Shown here in pieces: positions 38,607-50,292 of a DNA stretch of 64,000 nucleotides (the stretch's first letter is position 1; each line of letters starts with the position of its first letter). The DNA lies in NCBI GenBank assembly GCA_001687465.1, contig LVLI01000314.1, positions 1 through 64,000 on the forward strand, written 5' to 3'. A model generated the notes under the pieces. The model ran no database searches and was not told the DNA's origin. It saw only the letters and a list, made by a program, of their open reading frames with translations. The position numbers were made by a program, and so were the translations under genes. The DNA is from Halocafeteria seosinensis. Its lineage: Eukaryota.

Positions 38607-39065
38607 ACTTCGTAGCACGATAGGAGTTCCCGGTCTCTTAGTAAAGTTGATAGTGAATTATGTGAAAATCAATAAATTGAATGTGGGGTAACATGTGCGT
38701 GTGCCATGGTGCAATGGCATGGAAGACTTGCCTTTGTACACCCAACTCCCGCTTGTACGCTGTGCGGTGGCTATTAGTTAGCTGTTACAGTATTTCGCAG
38801 AGTGAGAATGGAATAAAATAGCACCGATAGTCCTTAATAGAGGAGAAACTAGGCAGTTCAATGCTGTCCATATGCTATCTTTTTTGGTCGGTGGTACAAT
38901 ACTTCAATTCCTCAGTTGCACCGGGCCCCAGTAGTACCAGGACTGGCACAAGGCGTATTGTTGTCTCGGGACACACGCAGGTTATACCCCCATAGTCATA
39001 GATACATAAATTAATTTTTATATTTTACTGCCCTTGAGAGACTGTGTACGGGTTCTTGCAAGACA

Positions 39066-41384
39066 ATGGAAGGGGAAGAAAACGATGTCCTGGCGGCGAT
39101 TCTGGGCCAAGATGACAGCGATGAAGAGGGTAATGAGATAGTTACAAGCCACCCGTACAAAACACCACCTCAGCAAACGAGGGAGGCTCCAAAAGAAGAT
39201 GTAAAACGGCCTCCTCCTACGGAACAACCGACAGAAGAGGAAGTTAAAAGGGAGGAATCGAAGACTGAGAAGGAGCCCCCCACCACCAAGGCTCCAATGG
39301 AGGAATCGAAGACCGAGGAGGAGCCCCCCACCACCAAGGCTACAATTGAGGAATCAAAGGAGCCACAGACTCAGCCTCTTCAACCGACAGTGGCTCCGGT
39401 GGAGCCCGCTACAAGCAGTGTTGAAACGCCGACGAAGCCAGCTGCCACTGAAGCAAAGAAGGAAGAGGAACAGGAAGCGGTTCCTGCTGCACAGGAGAAT
39501 ATCAATGGGTCCAAAGATATCTCAACGACGGGAACTGAAACCGAGACAAAGACGGCTCCGACTTTGGCAGCAACGAACGAGACGGATAATTCTTCTACAA
39601 AGGCATCAGATAGCTCTCGTGCCTCCAGGTTGGAGGAGCTTCGGGCGAAGCTGCTCAGCTCCCGTGCTACAGCTCCCAGTACTGGAGATGCCACTGGGGT
39701 GCGCAATGAAAACAGCGCCAGCGGAAATCAATCTTCTAATGGAGCTCATGGGTCAGAAGCTTCATCTACAAAAGGACAAGTGAATACCAATATGTCCAGC
39801 AAGGGTGTTCCTCAAGATACGACCAACCAGCGAACCCGTCGACCGTCTCGGTGGAATACGCCCCGGGATGACGGGTCAAGTAGCCGTGTACCTCCCCAAA
39901 CTTTTCCGGAAGTGCGGCAGAAATCCAATAGTCGATGGGAAAGACCTAGATACACTGCATCCCCGCCAGATCACGATCATCAAAACCGTAATGAACCTCG
40001 GGCTGAAAAGGATAAGCCGTTGGTAGTGTCTGCGGATGCATTTTCCTCGGATAACCCTAATGAGATCTTTTTAGACGGACAGCGTTGGTTTGTAACCAAA
40101 AGGCAAGCAGTGGGCTCCTCTTACGTTTCCCAAAGGCGCAATCACGGTTATTCACCTGGAGAAACACCGAAGGAGATGCCTTCAGAGCAGTTCACCCTCC
40201 AAGAGAACACGAGGCTTCAGGAGGATCTCAGCGGTCGACGAAATGATATCCGTGAGTGGGGTGAGGGGAGAGGCGATGGTGAATTGGGAATGCGTCCTCT
40301 TACAATGAGGGTTGATTCAGAAAGGAACAAGCACCAGGGAAGTGTGAATCAAGTCCCTGTTGCCGAGCGAAACCGTAGTCGCTCTTCTGACCAAAAGGGT
40401 AGAGAAGGTCGAGGAAGACAGTCCTTTGAAGGGAGCGGGCACGAGCATGTTGATGATCGGAGAGTGTCTAGACGCGGACACTACTCTGGGCATCAGGAGG
40501 AACGCAGGAGTGAAAGGAGCACAGAAGCACGGAGCGGGAACTCCGACAGTTTTAGTCGTCCCGCAGACTCTCGACAGAGTCCTGCCGAGAAACGGTATGA
40601 CGATTCGAAACCGACAACCCGTGACACCTTCGATGAAAGAAGGCGGCCTAAAGGAGTCTCCAAAGACAGAGGCGCTTCAGCAAACCCAAACACGATGCCG
40701 GTAGGTTCTCATGTCGGTACTGTAGCCGCGAAAACAGACAACCCCAACACAGTTCCTGTAGGTTCTCAAAATTCCTCGGAATCGACCAAAACGTTTAATC
40801 CGAACTCTGTTCCTTTGGGTAGTGCAAAGGAGAGCAATGTAGCTAAAGACCGCTCTGCGATGATGGATCGCCTCGGCAAGGAGACATACCATAGTGAAAA
40901 CCAGCGTACAGTTGATGACCACAGCCGTCGAGGACGCGGGAAAAGGGAGCGCGATGGGCGAAGCCTGGAGAGGTCTGATAAAAAGGGGCGACTTCATGAA
41001 GACCAGAAATCGCATCGACGGGGTTCATCGAGGGAGGTCCCTCCAGCACACAAAGAAAGCCACCCAGACGGAGGCTCCCGATCTATGTCAAACCAAGAAG
41101 GGTCATCTCCACCCACACAGCAAAGCGGGACACGGGAGGTTGCTTCCCGGATACACGGAATCAAAGGGCAACCTGAGGAGGTTCCGACTCCAACAAATCG
41201 TCCCGCAGTCGATGAGAAGAGTCGGAGAAATCGAGAACGGGAAACTACTAGACCCAATTTCGAAAAGAGCAAACCGCGCTCGGGAGGACGCAAGGTGGAG
41301 TATGTCGGTGACGACCGAAGTGGTGGAAGTCATATCAAGAAACCGCACAATAGGGGTAGGCAGCGGAAAGTGCATAGGTACTGA
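39066..41384 (+). CDS. Low-complexity, Glu/Arg/Ser-rich disordered protein
   Basis: 772-codon ORF with an ATG start and no recognisable domain. Confidence 0.7.
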   Translation: MEGEENDVLAAILGQDDSDEEGNEIVTSHPYKTPPQQTREAPKEDVKRPPPTEQPTEEEVKREESKTEKEPPTTKAPMEESKTEEEPPTTKATIEESKEPQTQPLQPTVAPVEPATSSVETPTKPAATEAKKEEEQEAVPAAQENINGSKDISTTGTETETKTAPTLAATNETDNSSTKASDSSRASRLEELRAKLLSSRATAPSTGDATGVRNENSASGNQSSNGAHGSEASSTKGQVNTNMSSKGVPQDTTNQRTRRPSRWNTPRDDGSSSRVPPQTFPEVRQKSNSRWERPRYTASPPDHDHQNRNEPRAEKDKPLVVSADAFSSDNPNEIFLDGQRWFVTKRQAVGSSYVSQRRNHGYSPGETPKEMPSEQFTLQENTRLQEDLSGRRNDIREWGEGRGDGELGMRPLTMRVDSERNKHQGSVNQVPVAERNRSRSSDQKGREGRGRQSFEGSGHEHVDDRRVSRRGHYSGHQEERRSERSTEARSGNSDSFSRPADSRQSPAEKRYDDSKPTTRDTFDERRRPKGVSKDRGASANPNTMPVGSHVGTVAAKTDNPNTVPVGSQNSSESTKTFNPNSVPLGSAKESNVAKDRSAMMDRLGKETYHSENQRTVDDHSRRGRGKRERDGRSLERSDKKGRLHEDQKSHRRGSSREVPPAHKESHPDGGSRSMSNQEGSSPPTQQSGTREVASRIHGIKGQPEEVPTPTNRPAVDEKSRRNRERETTRPNFEKSKPRSGGRKVEYVGDDRSGGSHIKKPHNRGRQRKVHRY
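39252..39359 (+). repeat. In-frame 48-bp tandem repeat (EESKTEKEPPTTKAPM)
   Basis: Two near-identical units plus a partial third. Confidence 0.85.
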
Positions 41385-41426
41385 GATACGAATAAATGTC
41401 TATTGATTGCTATGAATTCGCATTGC

Positions 41427-44353
41427 TTATAGATAATGGGCACAACCATCCGAGTACATAATCTTGCCCTCATCGTGAAGGTGCTGTAATAGTTGCATGA
41501 CATCTTTTCGTCCCAAGGATTTAAGGCTTTCAGGAGAGTTATCTTTCTCACACAGTTCCTGCTGAATAAGCCTTTCTGTCAAAGCCTCGCCCTCGCGCCG
41601 GAAGAGGCGTGCAATACCACGAGTGAACTCACGAACAATAGTAGGAGAAAATGACTGTGCGGGAGCTGAAGCGGAAGAAGCGGACGCAGCCGCGGCAGAG
41701 CTTTCTCCTTGTTCAGTATCAGATTCGTCCTCTTCGTCCTCTTCAGTTTCATCCTCGACCTCATCCTCCTCTTCCTGCTTCCGAGAAGTTCGCTGTTTCT
41801 TAGTAGCTGGTGCTTTTCGTGGGGTTCTCTTACGAGTTGTCGCTTTCTTTGGTGTCGTCTTCTTGTCGTCGTCGTCATCGCTGTCATCACTCGACAGTTC
41901 AGGTTCCTCATCATCAGCTTTTCTCTTTTTGCGCTTCACTTCTTCAGGTTGCGCATCGAACAATGCAAAGGACAAAATCTCGACAGATCGCTTGACATCA
42001 GTCTTTTCGACTCTTCGGCTTAGGCGAAGTTTCGCATGTGCAGTACTTAAGCGGATAAGCGTCTCAAGAGCTCGGGCAGTCACGGGTGTACTAACGTGAA
42101 CAGAATCGGCCTTCTGTCGCATGTCATTGTAGGATGTTACAATGTCTTCTCTGGCGTCATCAGTTAGTTCAGGTTTCACACGCTGTTTTGCATATTGTAC
42201 ATATTTCTTGATAAACTCAGAATGCAGCACCTCCACGCGGTCTGACGATGAACCACCTCTCTTGTTCTTTCGCTTGCTCCCTTGAGATGCCTCAGCAGCG
42301 GCACCGCCATGCAACAAAGGATTAAATTTCTGAAAAACAGGAGTAGTTTCATCGTCTCCTTCCTCTTCATCTTCTCGATCGTTGAAGCTTTCGAATTCAG
42401 CTGTGTCGTTTGCGGTAGCATCAAGAGGAATTGGTCGACCTTCTTGTCCCGCTTTGACATATCGATGGGTTCGCAATACGTGGTCAGCAATCGCTGTATC
42501 CCGCTCGGGATTCAAGTCATCGATGACAATGAATAGTAGATCAAAACGAGAAAGAAGAGAATCAGGCAGATTGACATTGGCTTGAGGTGGCATTGTGGTA
42601 TCATACGCTCCATAAATTGGGTTTGCTGCAGCAACCACTGAGCATCTGGCGTTGAGTTGGGCTTGAATTCCTGCTTTGGCGATGGTGACTGTTTGTTGCT
42701 CCATAGCTTCGTGAATGGATACCCGGTCAATATCGGACATTTTGTCGAACTCGTCTATGCAAACAATTCCTCGGTCTGCCAATACCATAGCTCCAGCTTC
42801 CAACCGTCTATCTCCTGTCTCAGGGTCTGTCGTGACAGCTGCTGTGAGACCTACTCCTGAGGATCCACGCCCCGTTGCATTTACAGCGAGGGGTGAAATT
42901 CCTTGTGTAAAGCGCAGCAATTGACTCTTAGCGGTGGATGGATCTCCCACCATAAGCATATTGATATCTCCACGAATATGCGTTCCGTTAGACAGGTTCT
43001 TTTCCATACCACCAACAAGCATCAAAGCAATAGCTTGTTTGATGTATTTATGACCATAGATACTCGGAGCAAGAGAGCGAGACAATAAATCGAACACGTC
43101 CTTGCGCTTCGAGAGGTTGCGAATATGCTGAATATCCCTTGCTGTTGTCGATGTAGCTGCAACTTGTTTCGTCATTTGCTCAATATTATTGGATAAGACT
43201 ACGGTTCGGAATACGCCACTTGTGGAGCCTGAAGCTTGACCGGCTAAGGCACGAAAGATACCAATCACGCGCACACGATCACCAGGTTTTACGACGTCCA
43301 CTAGATCGTTGTCAGCAATCACATCTACTGATCGTGGCATTTGTCCCAAAGGAGCACGTTCTGGCATCTCTTGAATGGTGAAAACTTGATGATCTTTGTA
43401 AATACTCAGCCCAAACTCTGTTTCAAGTGGATAGCCGTTGGCATCTTTGGAAGGATAGACACTTGTTGTTGGGGCGCCTGTTAGGTCTGTTGCATCTTGG
43501 TAATTCTGTTGTGAGTGACTCCTCTGCGATGAAAATTACATATATTCCCAATCGATCTAGACATTCACATCATAGAGGGGTCACGAGCTTGAAACTTACC
43601 GTTTCTTGGCAATAGTGCACACTTCGCATTACTTTCGGACGGACAACCGAGCACTTGGTCACAATTCCTTCCACAGCAACCATTTGTGTGACGAAATTGG
43701 ACGAGAGACCACGAGGCGACACGAGATTTTGACCGAAGCTCCCCTCTAGTCCAATGTGGAGTGGGTTGTTGAGTTTGTCGAGCTCTGTATGCCGCATGGC
43801 GTGTTCATCACTAGCCAACTTTTCCAGGTAATTGGGGTCATAATCCTTGACAACCTGTAGAAAATGTAATATTCTCAGTTTATGATACTGCATAAACCTG
43901 CTGTCTATAGCGTTGTCCATACCTCTAAAAGAGCCTTTTCAAACAGCGGGATACATTCAAAAGGCCGTGCAAGTGTCCTGTATGTGTCCACGACAAACAT
44001 ACCACATCGTTAAAAACTTCGTTTTCTGTTTATACGAGCTCCATCGAAAGTGCCTTACCTTGATGCCAGATTTTCATCGTATTCTCTCAATTTGTTGAGA
44101 TCGACAATCAGACGCGATCCCGTCTTCTTCTCGTCTCCCATCATTTCGCGGATCCTTCCCGAATGGACACCTTCGCCATCCTGTAACACATACAATCACG
44201 TAAATAATCCAGTGCTTCGTCGTATTCGACTGGGGTCAAAAAACACCCTGAGGATCCCTTGTTTGAAATACGTACCTCGTCCTGAAGGAAAGCTCTATAT
44301 TCATCGATGAGATCTTCATCTCCCCGATTTTGCATTTCCTGCACCTGGTCCAT
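41427..44353 (-). CDS. MCM3: DNA replication licensing factor MCM3, five exons
   Basis: QEMPERAPLGQMPRS, GDPSTAKSQLLR, TGRGSSGVGLTAAV, CIDEFDKM, SLLSRFDL, TARALETLIRLSTAHAK. Confidence 0.96.
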
Positions 44354-44796
44354 TTTTGCTTTCTATGGGGTGGTGAGTTTGTCACAGGCTGATAACCAAC
44401 AAGAACGAGAGTGCTATGAACGTGCAAAACTCGCCGTCAAAAGGAGAGGGTGGTTTTGAAAATCTTTCCCACTTTTTTTCAAAATAACAAGACAAATACA
44501 CCACACAAAAGGAGCCAATACAATCACACGTCGAAAGCGTTTCGTACACAGAGTGTGACTGAATTCGTGCAACCTGTCAAACTCAATCGGTATCCGTCAT
44601 ATGAAAGGGGAGCTGGGTTTCTCTGCCCAGGGCATTGTTTTGAATTTGGCGCCCAGCGCGCTTTGGCGCGCGTCGCCGGTTGTAGATCACAGCTCCTTTC
44701 CAGTCCCAGAAGAGGTCACATACACAATGAGACCCCCCATATTGACAGATCTGGGTTGGTCAAAGTGATAGAAGAGGTGGGTCGAGAGAAAGAAAC

Positions 44797-46536
44797 ATGG
44801 AACTGGGACGAGACGACAGCAGCGCCTCATCTACAACGAGCGCATCGGCGGCTTCGCCGTCGACACAACGAGCGAGGGGGATGGAGAACCACCACGCAGC
44901 CAAGTGTCGGAAGACTTCCCACCACAGACACCACTATGCGGATCCTTCAGAATACTTGCCCCCTCACCTGCCGTTCATTTTGGAGGACATCGACGAGGAT
45001 ACGCAGCATCAACTACGCAAATTGGTATTTGACATGATTTTCCAGGAGTTTGATGAGAACCAGAGGAGAAATTTTGGAAGAAGATGTAGGTATACAAGTT
45101 CATGGGAAGGATCGTTTGCATCAATAGCGTCAGCCATTCACTGTATCGGTGGTGCAGTTTTGGGAGCGAACCCTACCCTTCCGGGTCCCTTGGCCATCAC
45201 GCTTTCAAGGGATTCTATTCAGAAATGTCTCCTACAGCAAGAATACTGGGTGTGTGAAAAAAGCGATGGAGAAAGAAGAATTCTTCTGCTCTTACATACA
45301 CCTCCAAAGTACGCACTGATAACGCGTTATTGCGAGGCTACCTTGCCTGTCATTTCGGGTTGTTGATTGACCATTGTGCAGAAATGTAGTGTGCCAGCGA
45401 GGGGTGTACTTGATAGACAGAGGCTTCGGTATTCAGCGACTAGCTGATAGCGAAGTGTATCCAGATCGCTGTTGTGAGAACGGTAATACGCTTTTGGATG
45501 GTGAACTTCTCATAAAGGACAAACAAGCGAAATCACTTGAACTCAGAGAGGCGCTGAAGTTGGCCAACGATAAATTTTACCCAGAGTTCCTGATGTTCGA
45601 TGCTATCACATATGACGGAGCTGCTGTGGGGAACCTGAGTTTGAAGGAAAGGCTCGACCGAATTGCGCAGATTCGCGGTAAAATGAAAGCGTGTGCACAA
45701 GAGCAACGTTTGCCTGTATGTATGACCCGTGCCCAATATAGATGAGCATACTATGTGCACCTCAGTTGATAAAATGTTACAGATGCGCATTTTGGGGAAA
45801 TATATGCTGCCGCTTGAAAAAGTGGAAATAATTTTTGGTTCAATTGAAAAGCTGGATGTGGAACAAGGAGAACGAACGCTAAGCGGTGGTGTCCTTGAGC
45901 GTAGACAATACAAAGACCAATCAAGATGGAACGATAACGACGGAATAGTATTTACGCCTGGAAGAGCTAGTTATACCGACCTCATCGTCAACGCAACAGC
46001 AAAAGACAAGACGCCATTGTTGAAGTGGAAATGGAAAGAGCATAATACTGTCGATTTCCTGGTGCTTCAGGAGGATATCAAGCGGGAAGATCTAGCCATC
46101 CCTCTCTCCGTTGGTAGCGGTGGAGGGCACACAACCACAGTTTCTATGGCCAAGATCGACAAACAGACAAGAACGAAGCTGGATAAAGTATGTTACATGT
46201 TGTCGCTTCTGGCTTTCTGATATCATGTGTCTTAACACCCCTGCGAGCACAGACGTTCAAAGAACTGCAGAGGGGGTCCTTGATTGTGGAATGTTCTTAT
46301 AACCCCCAGCAGTCGACATGGGAAATGGTTCGAGTATGTGCGTTTTCAAGAATTAGGAGTATCGTTGAAAACTGTATTAACATCGCTCACGACTTTTTCA
46401 GATTCGAGATCGACGAAATACGCCCAATTTCGTTAAGGTAGCATTTCACACACTGGAAGTGCTGGTAGAAGATGTAACAGCAGAAGAAATCACACGTTCC
46501 GTTAGAAGACGAAATGGTACAGCAAAAACGAAGTAG
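44797..46536 (+). CDS. mRNA capping enzyme, guanylyltransferase, multi-exon
   Basis: Motifs VCEKSDG (I), LLDGEL (III), FLMFDAI (IIIa), DGIVFTP (IV), LLKWK (V), then IVEC and RDRRNTPN (VI). Stop at 46534-46536. Confidence 0.88.
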
Positions 46537-46581
46537 ATTCTCTCGAAACAATCTGTTTTATTCTACACCCCTGGCGCCGAG

Positions 46582-47913
46582 TCACTGATCGGGGAGTGCC
46601 GGATAGCGGCGCGAGGAATAACTATAAGGAGGATAGGAGTATTGGTGTTGGTCATATTCCGAGTATCCCGGAGGATTATCCTCTTTGTGAGGGGTATGTT
46701 CCGTCAGTTCTTGCTCTTTGGCAATCTGCGACACAGAATGCACCTTCAATCGGACCACAAACAGCAGGATAATTCCGAATGACAAAAGTGCTCCCACTAA
46801 AGGGAGCCATGCCTCCGGTCTGTACTCTGCAGATAGAACAATAGTGGTCGCTTCCTCGCTTTTGTCCGATGGGCTCCCTCTGCAAGATTGTGGAGCGTTT
46901 TCATCAGCTTGAGGGATGAAGAAACGACCTATACCTTCAGCGTTGCAGTCATCCGTAGGATCTGTACTCGCAGACTCTTCCATAACTCCGAAAAAAGAGA
47001 GAGTAGCAAGGATGCCTAAAATACAGCTGGTTCCGCCGAAGACTGTCTCCGTTTTTCTCAAGTTGCTCTGTTGGTCAAGCGTCCTGTTTGCATAACCGCG
47101 AAAGAGTTCCACAACGGTAAATACCCAACCGATGAAGACGCATAATAAAGCTGCAGCCAAGAAAACTGCGGTTGCAACTGTCGCATTCTGTACATCATTT
47201 ATGTATCGAGGTCTCTCGGACGACGCATCAGCGTCGTCATACTGTAGAGTATTGCACCCTTCGCGTTCGTTGTAAGATTGTATCGCCTCCACGTTCTCAC
47301 TGTTGACGTTGGTGAATGAAATGCACTCCTCGAAATCATACAATGAATAAGTCCTTCGTATGGAGACTGTTGCTAGTGGTTCCTCTTCGCTCACCGCGCG
47401 GAATATAACTTTGTCATGCACTTCATACCAGTTTCCAGCCTGCGTGGAAAGTAAAGCCATGACACAAATAACACCCCAAGGAAAATAATGTGGTAATGGA
47501 CATACCAAAGCCACCGCATATACGATTACAATGTACGCCAGAAATAAAGACCCTACGGCGAGTAACGTCATGGAGAAGTTCTTCTTTTCAATTGGCTGTA
47601 GCAACTGCTGATCACGTTCTCTAATCCGTTGGGATCGGGGACTCCGGGGGGATGCGGCTGCAGGCGATGGAGGAGGCGGAGGACGCGTAGCTGTCTCGCG
47701 TGAAGACTCTGTTTCTCTCAAATGACGCCCCCGTGAATGGTACCGCTCACTTGGTGTGGTGACTCTATCGTCCACTGAAAGTGTTTCCGACGCCGGCGCC
47801 GCCGGGGGTCCCCTCTCGCGCGAGCGAGAGCGATCGTGGCGATGACGCCGGTGGCCTCTTTCATCGTACCATTCGTCGTCTCTCTTACTCCGATGCGGGT
47901 ATGGCCTACTCAT
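46582..47913 (-). CDS. Multi-pass membrane protein, claudin/tetraspan-like topology
   Basis: Arg-rich N-terminus, 4-5 hydrophobic helices, Cys-containing loops, PPxY motifs in the C-tail. Confidence 0.6.
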   Translation of the reverse strand: MSRPYPHRSKRDDEWYDERGHRRHRHDRSRSRERGPPAAPASETLSVDDRVTTPSERYHSRGRHLRETESSRETATRPPPPPSPAAASPRSPRSQRIRERDQQLLQPIEKKNFSMTLLAVGSLFLAYIVIVYAVALVCPLPHYFPWGVICVMALLSTQAGNWYEVHDKVIFRAVSEEEPLATVSIRRTYSLYDFEECISFTNVNSENVEAIQSYNEREGCNTLQYDDADASSERPRYINDVQNATVATAVFLAAALLCVFIGWVFTVVELFRGYANRTLDQQSNLRKTETVFGGTSCILGILATLSFFGVMEESASTDPTDDCNAEGIGRFFIPQADENAPQSCRGSPSDKSEEATTIVLSAEYRPEAWLPLVGALLSFGIILLFVVRLKVHSVSQIAKEQELTEHTPHKEDNPPGYSEYDQHQYSYPPYSYSSRRYPALPDQ

Positions 47914-48640
47914 ATTCGTTAATCCAGTCGTTGCGTTATTAGCCAAGCGTGCACAAATTCTGGAGCATACCTTGTTTTTTCGCTGCGCTCCGGATTCGCA
48001 AACGGCAAAAGAACAGTTAAAGCAAATCCTCGGCGTAACTTATACCACGCACGGCCGTATCAGAAACTAGAATATTGCGCAGACGTAACTTCCTCCCAAT
48101 CTACAGAATGATCCCTCTATGGGTTAACAAGAACCGGTATGCGCGCCTGACAAAAGCAAGCTCGTCGCAACGGTTCGACCTGCCAGTCTGCCGTGCCAAT
48201 TCACCCCCGTCGCAACTCTTGCGACCCCATTCATCGCGAAGACAGGAATCGAAGTATTGTGCGAGACAACTATAAACAATGCATTTACTGTTGGATCTAC
48301 TTGAAGCCGATGGGAAGCGGAATGGATCTACTCGTTGTACTATAGTAGGTGACAACGCGCCATACTGTAGAGTACCACAACGTGCCAACTTCGTTAGGGT
48401 GAAACTGTCATCGGTGAAGTAGCCAAGGGAAGTTGCGGCGCAACTTCTGTTCCAATTAATGCTTTACCATTTCTGCGTTATTCTAACAAGATTGATGCAA
48501 ATGGAAAGAGCGAGAGCGGGACGTATATGTATTTAGGAGGCACATAGCAGTCAGTCCTAACACAGCAAATACTGCAGATCCCCGGCGGCCCATATAGAAG
48601 ACATTATCGTGCTAGGCACATTGAAAATCCTCCACTTTGT

Positions 48641-49682
48641 CTATAGAATACCCCATGTTCGCTCAAGGGCACTCAGCAATCTGTTGACAGCTGTGGAGGC
48701 AGAGAGCTGCGTTCATCAGTCCAATAAAGGGGGGTGAATACGCCCTGTGGAATCCAGAACACAGCAATTACACCAAACATACCGGATATTGACTAAACGA
48801 GTATAACTTTTCACAATGCTCTCCAGATATAAAACCTTGGCTCATTGCTCCAAAAACAAAGCAGAGTGGGCCGTCCGGAAGAGTAGGGGCCAAGTCTAGC
48901 GGATCAACTAGCTCCCCTTTCATATGTGTGCCGTATATGGCCGTCCCAGGTGGTAGATGCTGGGTGAACGGATTCTTTACCACTCTCAATAACGTCTTTC
49001 GAGTCCCAGATTCAGCAGTTGCGCTAACTTTCATTTTATGCAGTAGTTGTACTGTAGCCACCGGGATTGTGCCGCGTGAGCCCTTTACACGAGCCTTAAT
49101 TATACTGCAGACAGTAACTTACCCATCAGTCCACAAAATCGCTTAAACGTTCTCGGTATCCTAACGTGAGGGGACACTTCTATCAGTGTCCTATCCTTTG
49201 TTTCGATATATACTTGCAGTTTGCCTGCTTTGTTTAAGGGGCTATCCAATAAAGTTAGTAACAACTGCAAGAGTTGGAGCACACGAACGCTCAGCGTTCC
49301 GACAGTGAGCTACTCCAGTATCACGCATCTATACTCACCTGGTGTGTTATGTCTGGTCGGGATTCTGCTGGGTCACGTCCATGTTTTTTATGGAACCCTT
49401 GATGGTCATCACAGTTCAGTAACTCGTAACCCTGCAAAAATTCCAATGCACCATCAAATGTCCATGCATCTTAGATCCCCAACTCAAGGTAGCTAGTAAG
49501 AGCTTCCTTCGTGCCCCTTTCCCATTTAACTCTGTATAATAGCCATAAACTCTTACTTTTTTCGTCTTCACAGCCTCCAAGGAAGCCTGTTGTAGCACCA
49601 CTATGAGTCGCTTCTGGTTGGCCTGTTCCGAAAGGGTTTTTGGTAACTTTGGCTCTTCTCGTGTTTCGGGCATAGACGCCAT
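48641..49682 (-). CDS. EMG1: 18S rRNA pseudouridine N1-methyltransferase Nep1, five exons
   Basis: [62 protein letters not shown]. Confidence 0.95.
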
Positions 49683-50292
49683 ATTTGCTATCAAAACTCG
49701 TAATACTGGCAACTATTCAATGCGCAGTTGCTTGAAGAGGTGTCACAGAGCCTTTATTCCCTATCTCTCACTCACTCAGAGACCAATCCACCCACACTAT
49801 CAAGTTCCTCTTGCACTACACAAGCTCTTCAGACTATACAATCACCAAATATACACATAAACGCTATAGTAGCCCCTCCATAGTGGAACGAGGACGACAA
49901 GTTGAAGTTTTCCGGGCGGCCGGCCCGGTTCGTCCTCAAGGAGCCGGTCCACGCATGCATGCGGCATATAACCTGTTATACGCTGTTATTGCCGGGTATA
50001 TGCCTGGAAAGAACCCGTTGAAGAAATTCACGAACGTGCTGAACTAGCTGGTATACTGGGGAGGCAATCGTGCGCCCTGAATGACAGCATTATTTCCTTA
50101 GTGAAGGGTCCTGTTGTTGGAGTATCCTGGTTTATCGCCTGAATACTACCATTGAATACCACATCTAGAGACGATACATCAGTTTCCCAGAAAGCGCGAA
50201 AGTCCATAGTTGCACAGTGTGCAGCACAAGTGAGCTTGGTGGAATTCTCTCGCTGGTGGAGGAACACCCCGCCAAGGGTCCCCAGGGACACA

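Noticed and set aside
48165..48190. ggttcgacc resembling a tRNA T-loop
   Set aside because: No T-stem or cloverleaf can be formed.
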